Shown here one piece after another: positions 24,051-30,034 of a DNA stretch of 60,276 nt; position 1 is the first letter of the stretch, and each line of letters starts with the position of its first letter. The translations under genes were made by a program, and so were the position numbers. Origin of the DNA: a virus. A model generated the notes under the pieces. It was not told the DNA's origin and did no database searches. It worked only from the letters and a program-made list of their open reading frames with translations. The DNA is taken from positions 1 to 60,276 of IMG/VR virus record IMGVR_UViG_3300009709_000005; one strand, given 5' to 3'.

Positions 24051-24555
24051 GGACAGGCAGCATCGCTCTGGCGACACTGGGCGTCAGCACATACTTCGGC
24101 GCGCCGACAATGGCCGCGTTGTTTCGTATCTTCATCGCCCGTGCGATCAGGTCGGCGATGTTGGTCCAGTGCGCCCACGGTGTGCTGCGGCTGCTGTAGG
24201 TCATGGTGAGCTTCACGCCGTTGGCGATGTTGTCCACGTGCAGGCCATAGCGCGGGTTCTTCACGCTCTTGTGCGTCGGCGGTCGGTAGCTGGCCATGAT
24301 CAGCTCCTTGTTCCCCAGCGCCTCGCTCGCGGCCCAGCCCAGATGGCGTATCGCTTCCGTGCGCGCGGCGTAGGCGGGCATCCGAATACGGCCCGGCATC
24401 TCGTTGATACCCGGCAAGGTCTGACTGCAAAGGGATGCCAGCGCTTCGAGGGTGCGGCAGGGGGGATTGTTCTTGCCGCGCGTGATCCACTCGCGCTGCG
24501 CCGGCGTGAGATACACCGGGTTTTGAATGGTGTGGTAGACCGGCAGCGCCTTCAT
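24034..24555 (-). CDS. hypothetical protein, paralog of 24552..25022
   Basis: Shares YRPxTHKSxxxPRY..VDxI..GV..T..PW..L..RA.K with the upstream gene. ATGA coupling. Confidence 0.5.
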   Translation of the reverse strand: MKALPVYHTIQNPVYLTPAQREWITRGKNNPPCRTLEALASLCSQTLPGINEMPGRIRMPAYAARTEAIRHLGWAASEALGNKELIMASYRPPTHKSVKNPRYGLHVDNIANGVKLTMTYSSRSTPWAHWTNIADLIARAMKIRNNAAIVGAPKYVLTPSVARAMLPVLDKDV

Positions 24556-25022
24556 TCCACATGCGCCTTGATCGCGCGATCCATCAGCTGCTGCACGCTG
24601 GTGTATATCCACCACGGTTTGCACCGTCCGCCGCGCCTCGGCGTGATCCGCACGCCGCCAGGTATCTCGTCCACCCAAATGGCGTAGCGCGGGCTGCGCG
24701 CGCTCTTGTGTGTCGCTGGCCGGTACGTGGCGCGGATCACTTCCTCCGGCGTGAGGCGGAACTCGGCGCCTTTGGTGAGCGCCTTGATGGCGTCGCGTCT
24801 GGCTCGCTCGGCGTCCATCGCGTCCAGCACGTTGGTAAAGGCGTCGCGGCGGCTTTGCACGTCCACAAGGTGGGCCAGCGCTTCAATGGGGTGGCGGTCG
24901 AACGTCCACGGGTAATTCACCGGGTCGATCCAGTCCACGACGGTGTCGCTTATGGGCTGCGGCTCGAAGCGGGTATGGTTGAAGGCCAAGTAGTTCTTGG
25001 TGGGCTTGCGGGGCATCGGCAT
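24552..25022 (-). CDS. hypothetical protein, paralog of 24034..24555
   Basis: 156-aa ORF; first gene after palindrome copy 5. Confidence 0.5.
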   Translation of the reverse strand: MPMPRKPTKNYLAFNHTRFEPQPISDTVVDWIDPVNYPWTFDRHPIEALAHLVDVQSRRDAFTNVLDAMDAERARRDAIKALTKGAEFRLTPEEVIRATYRPATHKSARSPRYAIWVDEIPGGVRITPRRGGRCKPWWIYTSVQQLMDRAIKAHVE

Positions 25023-25040
25023 GCGGGTTTTCCGGTGGGT

Positions 25041-25056
25041 TATCTGAATTCAGATA
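25041..25056. promoter_or_regulatory. palindrome copy 5 (TATCTGAATTCAGATA)
   Basis: Perfect 16-mer, 18 nt 5' of the ATG at 25022. Confidence 0.75.
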
Positions 25057-25696
25057 ATGGGCTTGTTGCGTCGTGTAGCGTTGGCGGTTTGGAGTGTAGC
25101 GTTGTTAAATGTTGCTTAACGTATCGCGAGGTGTGGCGTATCGCGCACATGCTACACACGGGGTTTTTGGGGCTTTTTCGGGTCGGCGGCTGTTTTACGA
25201 AGGAAGTCGCGGCGGCTGAAACTGAACAAAGTGGTTAGACGTATCAGGCGTATCTTGTTTTACGAAGGTGTAGCGCGTTTTTGGGTTCTAAAACGGGGTC
25301 GATTTTGGGTGACTATAACAGACATGTATCAACGATACAACGTTGTGCGGCGCGGGCTGCGGGGCGGATTTTTGGAGGGGCGGCAGATGTTACATGGCTC
25401 TAGGCAGACAAGAAAGTTCGGGGCTTCGTAAAACACACAGACTTTCTAAAACGGCTGTTTTACGAAGGCCGCCTTCGGATGGTGTGATTTGGCGAGCGAT
25501 ACATCGAATACACCTAAATACAAATGTTTATAAGAATAAGCATATATATGGCATAAAACCACCTCGAACCGCTGTTTCACCCCGTTTTTGCAATCGTTTT
25601 GGTGACGCTACTAGACGCATCAGTTAAATTTGCGTTATGAAACTCGGTGCTTATAGTCCGCAAGTTTGATGATAAGTTTTTGATGATAAGCCGGAC
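25057..25696. repeat. repeat-dense, partly AT-rich non-coding region (iteron-like; candidate origin/regulatory hub)
   Basis: GTTTTACGAAGG x3 direct plus 1 inverted copy; GTGTAGCG(TTG) x3; CGTATCGCG x2; TCTAAAACGG x2; TTTGATGATAAG x2 at 14-nt period; AT-rich block at about 25505-25560; no credible ORF. Confidence 0.55.
25312..25340 (-). promoter_or_regulatory. sigma70-like promoter TTGTAT-17-TATAGT
   Basis: Minus strand reads TTGTATCGTTGATACATGTCTGTTATAGT. It would give a leader of about 250 nt to palindrome copy 5. Confidence 0.35.
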
Positions 25697-25721
25697 ACAA
25701 AAAACCCGCCTTTCGGCGGGC
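25697..25721 (-). terminator. rho-independent terminator
   Basis: Minus strand reads CCCGCC-GAAA-GGCGGG followed by TTTTTTGTGT, 30 nt after the stop at 25750. Confidence 0.75.
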
Positions 25722-25749
25722 CATTTCGATCGTTGTTAGGCCTAGCAGG

Positions 25750-26412
25750 TCATGCGGCCTTGGCCAATTCGGCCTGCACGGCGACCATCTCGCGCCATGT
25801 GGCGATCATTTCCAGCGCTTCGCGGGCCTGCGCCTTGTGCTTGGCCGCCCACTTGCTGAAAGCGTCCACCACGTCTTGCGCGGACGCGTTAGCGGCGATC
25901 TTCACCGGCGACTGAGCCGCGACTAGCGCGCCGTCGCCGCCGTCACTTTTATCTGAATCAGATAAATCCGCCTTGCCGCTGGTCACTTTGCCTGCCGGCC
26001 CTTTGCGCGTCGATTCAAGGCCCGCATTGCCTGCCGCGTATTGCCACGCGTTGGCAATGTCTTTGTTTTCCTGAAGGTTTTTGAAGCCCAACACCTGTGC
26101 GAGCATCTTGCCCGCGTCAATCCGGGCCACACCGTGCGATGCGGCATACTCGGCCAGCAGCTTGATGATGCTACGCAGCCCTTCGCGGGCCGTGCTGGTG
26201 CGGTCGGCGCAGCGCAGAATGTCTGCCTTATGCTCGGCGACCAGCGACGCGAAGCCCTGCGCGGCCTCACTGACCAGCGGCTCGGCGGCAATGTTAGCGG
26301 TCAGCTTGTCCATGATCGCCTGCGCGGCTTTCGTGGCGTCGCCCTTGGCGGGCTTGGCGCCGCGCGGCTTGCTGGCGGCGGGCACGATGGTGGTAATGGT
26401 CTTGGCATTCAT
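25750..26412 (-). CDS. hypothetical Ala-rich early protein (220 aa)
   Basis: GGAGAG RBS before the ATG at 26412 (the longer track ORF lacks an RBS). Monocistronic unit closed by a terminator. Confidence 0.55.
   Translation of the reverse strand: MNAKTITTIVPAASKPRGAKPAKGDATKAAQAIMDKLTANIAAEPLVSEAAQGFASLVAEHKADILRCADRTSTAREGLRSIIKLLAEYAASHGVARIDAGKMLAQVLGFKNLQENKDIANAWQYAAGNAGLESTRKGPAGKVTSGKADLSDSDKSDGGDGALVAAQSPVKIAANASAQDVVDAFSKWAAKHKAQAREALEMIATWREMVAVQAELAKAA
25950..25964. promoter_or_regulatory. degenerate palindrome copy (TATCTGAA-TCAGATA, central base missing) inside a CDS
   Basis: 15-mer within gene 25750..26412, encoding part of ..DLSDSDKS.. Confidence 0.5.
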
Positions 26413-26516
26413 CTCGATTCTCTCCGGTTCTAAGGTTCGCCGCGGCGGCATTGCCTCGACGTGGTGCAAGTATGTCAGTTTTCGGCTTGTCAGTCTACCC
26501 CTTGTCGGCACTTGTT

Positions 26517-26532
26517 TATCTGAATTCAGATA
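26517..26532. promoter_or_regulatory. palindrome copy 6 (TATCTGAATTCAGATA)
   Basis: Perfect 16-mer, 104 nt 5' of the ATG at 26412, in the divergent control region. Confidence 0.75.
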
Positions 26533-26860
26533 TTGCGCCAGCGTTGTTTGCGACGTTACGGGGCCAATTTAAGGGGGTGAGGGTGCAAAGTGCGATACGT
26601 GCATAGACGAACCGCGCAACCCGCACGCGGTGCTACCACACTTCGGTCTGTGTGTCAAGGTCGGGTCAGGGGGCATAGGGACCAAGGGACCAAGGGGTGC
26701 GGGGTGGCGGCGCGATCCTTCCCCCTAAACCCACGCATTGTGCAGCGCCCCAAAAATTTTTCGCCCCGCCGCACATTTCAAGACCCCTAGACAACGCTCA
26801 ATCAGTAGCACACACTACACACCCGCCGCATCCATGTAACATTCACACACGGAGAAACCC

Positions 26861-27184
26861 ATGCTCACGCTCATCCTGTCATTCCTCGCCGCGCACTTTG
26901 TGGCGATCGTGATCCTCGTGCTGTTGCTGGCGGCAGTCTGGTATTTCCACGGCTCGGCCAAAAACGTGTGGGCGAAAGAGAAAGCCCAGTTCCTCGCTGT
27001 CGAAGTGCGCATCCTGTCCGACCTCAACCGGGCCAAACAGCGGATCGAAAACCTCGAGCACGAACTGGCCGCTTACCGGTTTGGTGGCAGTACAAAAGCC
27101 GTTCCACGTGAAACCCCTGCGCCGGTACCTTTGGTCGGTGGAGTAAACACGCCGATCCCGCCCGACGCCAGCAAGATTTCCTGA
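26861..27184 (+). CDS. membrane-anchored coiled-coil protein
   Basis: N-terminal TM segment (LILSFLAAHFVAIVILVLLLAAVWYF); GGAGA RBS; first rightward gene. Confidence 0.55.
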   Translation: MLTLILSFLAAHFVAIVILVLLLAAVWYFHGSAKNVWAKEKAQFLAVEVRILSDLNRAKQRIENLEHELAAYRFGGSTKAVPRETPAPVPLVGGVNTPIPPDASKIS

Positions 27185-27459
27185 TGGGCAAGGTCGTCAA
27201 CTTTACCGGCGAGCGTGAGCTACCCAAACAGGACAACGCAGGGCTGGCGCAGTACCTACGGGAAATGGCCGACGCCATTGAGAAGGGCGAATACGGCGAT
27301 CTCTCACTGTCGACGCTCGTGTTGGTGGACAACAACGGGAAAGTGCGGCAGTACCACCAGATGACGCGGCACTACACCAACACTGAAGCCATCGGTGTCT
27401 ATGCCATATGCCAAAATCAAATCATCACCAACGAGTACGAGTTGGACGACGAGGCTTGA
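27184..27459 (+). CDS. hypothetical protein
   Basis: 91 aa; TGATG junction. Confidence 0.5.
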   Translation: MGKVVNFTGERELPKQDNAGLAQYLREMADAIEKGEYGDLSLSTLVLVDNNGKVRQYHQMTRHYTNTEAIGVYAICQNQIITNEYELDDEA

Positions 27460-27548
27460 CACACTGCACCGACCCGAGCCATCATTCACCCACTCGCCGT
27501 GATCCCCTCCTGCACGAGTAGCCGGTTTCCGTCCAGCGACTGGCCCTT

Positions 27549-27588
27549 AGCCCCCGTACTCCTCTCCGGTTGCGGGGGCTATTTTATT
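27549..27588 (+). terminator. intrinsic-terminator-like hairpin plus U-tract
   Basis: AGCCCCCG(ta)..12-16 nt loop..(tg)CGGGGGCT followed by ATTTTATT. It ends 16 nt before the terS ATG. Confidence 0.5.
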
Positions 27589-27604
27589 CCGGGATACTGC
27601 AGCC

Positions 27605-28270
27605 ATGAGCGCCCAACCCACACGGTTCAATGACAGTCTTGTCGTACGAGGCAAGCAGGCGGGACGTCACCGTATCGGGTCGCCGTACACACACCTCAAC
27701 AACGTAGGCATCGTGGCAGTGCTGGAACGGTTGTACCACGGCGCCAATCTGGTGGACGTGGCCAGCGAGCTCGATGTCAGCGTGACGGTACTGCGCCAGT
27801 GGCTCGATGCGGAGAAGCACTGGGACAAGGTCAACGACGCCACGACGCTCAGCGCCGAGGGCTACCTATCCAAAGGGCAGCAGCTGCTGGCCACCGCCAC
27901 CGACAAGTTCGAGCTGGACAAGGCCAAGGCGATGATCGAGCACGCGCGCTGGATGGCCGCGAAACTCGACAAAGCGATGTATGGCACGACCGAGAAGGCC
28001 GCCGCGGCAACCACCGTGAGCTACGTGTTCAACATGGGCGATGGCAGCGGCAGTGTGCAGGTACTCAGCCCAGCGCAGCCACGCGCCGCGGACGATGCGA
28101 AAGCCCCACCGATGGACATTCCCACGATCGACTTCGATCCGACGTTCGGCGGCGAGTTTGCCGCGCCGCAACTGGGTCGGTTCATCGAGCCACCGATCAA
28201 ACAGCCGTCTAAACGGCCAGATGAAAACGCGTTCGCACAGATGTGGTCGAGCACCGAGGACACCCTTTGA
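27605..28270 (+). CDS. terS: terminase small subunit (putative)
   Basis: 221-aa ORF immediately upstream of, and overlapping, the large terminase gene. Confidence 0.55.
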   Translation: MSAQPTRFNDSLVVRGKQAGRHRIGSPYTHLNNVGIVAVLERLYHGANLVDVASELDVSVTVLRQWLDAEKHWDKVNDATTLSAEGYLSKGQQLLATATDKFELDKAKAMIEHARWMAAKLDKAMYGTTEKAAAATTVSYVFNMGDGSGSVQVLSPAQPRAADDAKAPPMDIPTIDFDPTFGGEFAAPQLGRFIEPPIKQPSKRPDENAFAQMWSSTEDTL

Positions 28271-29760
28271 ACGCCCAGCCGACCGAGTCCAGCCACCCCA
28301 CATCGAAACTCAAAGACAAGGGCGGCGCGAGGATACTGCAGCGCAAATACAGCGCCAGCCCCACGCTGACCCGGCTGCACAAGAGTAGGAAATTCCTGAA
28401 GTACGTTGAGGGTCCGGTGGGCTCGGGCAAGTCGACCGGTTGCGTGCTCGAGATCCTGATGCGTGCGTTTCGGCAAGCGCCGGACGAGCATGGCGTGCGG
28501 AAATCGCGGTGGGCCATCATCCGTAACAGTTACCCCGAGCTGAAATCCACCACGATCAAGACGTGGGAAATGTGGGTGCCGACCGAGGTCGCGCCGGTGA
28601 TTTACGCCACGCCGATCCAGTGCAACTTCAAGCAGCAGCTGGGCGACGGCACGCGGATGGAGCTGGAGGTCATCTTCATCGCGCTGGATCGACCCGAGGA
28701 CGTGGCCAAGCTGCTGTCGCTGGAGCTCACCGGGGCGTACATCAACGAAGCGCGCGAGGCGGCGTGGGAGACGGTCGAGGCCTTGATGGGCCGCGTGAAC
28801 CGCTACCCGCAAATCCAAGAGGATGAGGAGGGCAACAAGGTGGGCGGCGCGACGGAGCCCGGCATCATCTGCGACTCCAACCCGCCCCACATCACGCACT
28901 GGCTGTGGACGAAATTCGAGACGGGCGACGTGCCCAACGGCTGGGAGAAATTCCAGCAGCCGGCCGCGGTCTACTGGTCCGAGCCCGATCATAAATGGAT
29001 GCTCAACCCCGATGCCGAGAATTTGCGCTTCCTGCCCGACGGCTATTATCAGGCGCAGCTCGATGCTGCCGAAGAGGTCTACATCCGGGTCATGCTCGCT
29101 GGCGAGCCGGGCGCGTCGAGGAAGGGGCGGCCGATCTTCACCGCCTTCAACATCGGCGTGCACGTGGCCAAGGAGCGCATCAACCCGGAGCGCCAGTTCC
29201 CGCTGATCATCGGGCTCGACTTCGGGCTCATGCCAGGCTGCGTGATTGGGCAGCTGACGCACCGCGGGATTCGGATCACCGATGAGGTGCCGGCGTCGGA
29301 TGAGTCGCTGGAAGAGTTCCTTGACGAGTACGCCATGCCGCTGCTGCGCGCGCGGTACCCCAACTACCCGATCATCGGTGTGGGCGATCCGGCGGGGCGC
29401 GGCCGGTCGGCGCTGGACAAGCGCACCAGCTTCGACGTGCTGGCCAGCCGCGGCATCAAGGCGTTCCCGGCCAGCACCAACAGCTTCCAGACGCGAAAGG
29501 AGACGGTCGATCATTACCTCAACCGAATTGGCGGCCTGACCATATCCCCACACTGCACCGTGTTGATCGAAGCGCTATCTACTGGCTACGTGTGGAAAGA
29601 GTCGCGAAACAACAAGGGTGGTTCGGTCGATATAGCCGACAAGAATGAGTTCTCCCATATCGCAGACGCGCTACAGTATATGTGCTTGTGGGCACGTTAC
29701 GGTTACCGCCCACAGCCAGTAAAGCACAACAAAGACATACCCAAGACCATGATGTGCTGA
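28243..29760 (+). CDS. terL: terminase large subunit
   Basis: Walker A GPVGSGKST, with ATPase then nuclease-sized halves. GTG at 28243 (alternative TTG at 28267 overlapping the terS stop). Confidence 0.8.
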   Translation: MVEHRGHPLNAQPTESSHPTSKLKDKGGARILQRKYSASPTLTRLHKSRKFLKYVEGPVGSGKSTGCVLEILMRAFRQAPDEHGVRKSRWAIIRNSYPELKSTTIKTWEMWVPTEVAPVIYATPIQCNFKQQLGDGTRMELEVIFIALDRPEDVAKLLSLELTGAYINEAREAAWETVEALMGRVNRYPQIQEDEEGNKVGGATEPGIICDSNPPHITHWLWTKFETGDVPNGWEKFQQPAAVYWSEPDHKWMLNPDAENLRFLPDGYYQAQLDAAEEVYIRVMLAGEPGASRKGRPIFTAFNIGVHVAKERINPERQFPLIIGLDFGLMPGCVIGQLTHRGIRITDEVPASDESLEEFLDEYAMPLLRARYPNYPIIGVGDPAGRGRSALDKRTSFDVLASRGIKAFPASTNSFQTRKETVDHYLNRIGGLTISPHCTVLIEALSTGYVWKESRNNKGGSVDIADKNEFSHIADALQYMCLWARYGYRPQPVKHNKDIPKTMMC

Positions 29761-29777
29761 CTTTGTCGGGTCAGTAT

Positions 29778-29806
29778 TTGACTTGAAGACGCTTACCGCG
29801 TAGGTT
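29778..29806 (+). promoter_or_regulatory. possible sigma70-like promoter TTGACT-17-TAGGTT
   Basis: Lies in the 73-nt gap after terL. Confidence 0.3.
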
Positions 29807-29833
29807 CCCGACGACACCACGGGGTACCGAGCC

Positions 29834-30034
29834 ATGAAACTACGCGGCATGCACGCCCAGCGCGTCGAAACGATGGATGATGCCCTCGCGAAGTTAGCGT
29901 CAGGGCATATGACCCATGACGATCTGATACGACTTCAGAGTCTTGTAAGTAAAGGTTCCACGACCGAACAGGCCATTACTGCAGCGCAGAAGTCCATGGC
30001 CGCATTGCCGACCGCGAGCACTCCCCAGTCATGA
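29834..30034 (+). CDS. hypothetical small protein
   Basis: 66 aa; ATGA coupling to the portal gene. Confidence 0.4.
   Translation: MKLRGMHAQRVETMDDALAKLASGHMTHDDLIRLQSLVSKGSTTEQAITAAQKSMAALPTASTPQS

Noticed and set aside
25057-25749. Short direct repeats as a CRISPR array. Also track ORFs 25231..25431 and 25343..25627 as genes.
   Set aside because: The repeats are 9-14 nt, come from several unrelated families and are irregularly spaced. The two ORFs lack RBSs, run against the arm's orientation and cross the AT-rich and iteron sequence.
18205-26532. The palindromes are simply EcoRI sites retained by chance, or restriction-related.
   Set aside because: Other GAATTC sites occur in the late arm without the 16-mer context (for example near 39506, 42511, 42636, 45404, 49858 and 53690). 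The full 16-mer plus its conserved flanks is restricted to the early part of the leftward arm: six copies lie 5' of module starts and the seventh, degenerate copy is inside gene 25750..26412.
26590-26912. Track ORFs 26590..26790 and 26697..26912 in the divergent control region.
   Set aside because: No RBS. The products are Arg/Pro/Gly-rich. The ORFs overlap the G-tract and the true start of gene 26861..27184.
28021-29553. 510-aa minus-strand ORF antisense to the large terminase gene. Similar long antisense ORFs lie at 29935..31917, 56064..57710, 47058..48137, 53874..54815, 1331..2581, 10798..11778 and 17151..18197.
   Set aside because: Each lies exactly opposite a gene with clear motifs (terL, portal, giant protein, primase, polymerase, DUF932). 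The translations are Arg/Gly/His/Val-rich with no RBS context. Stop-free antisense frames are expected in GC-rich coding DNA.
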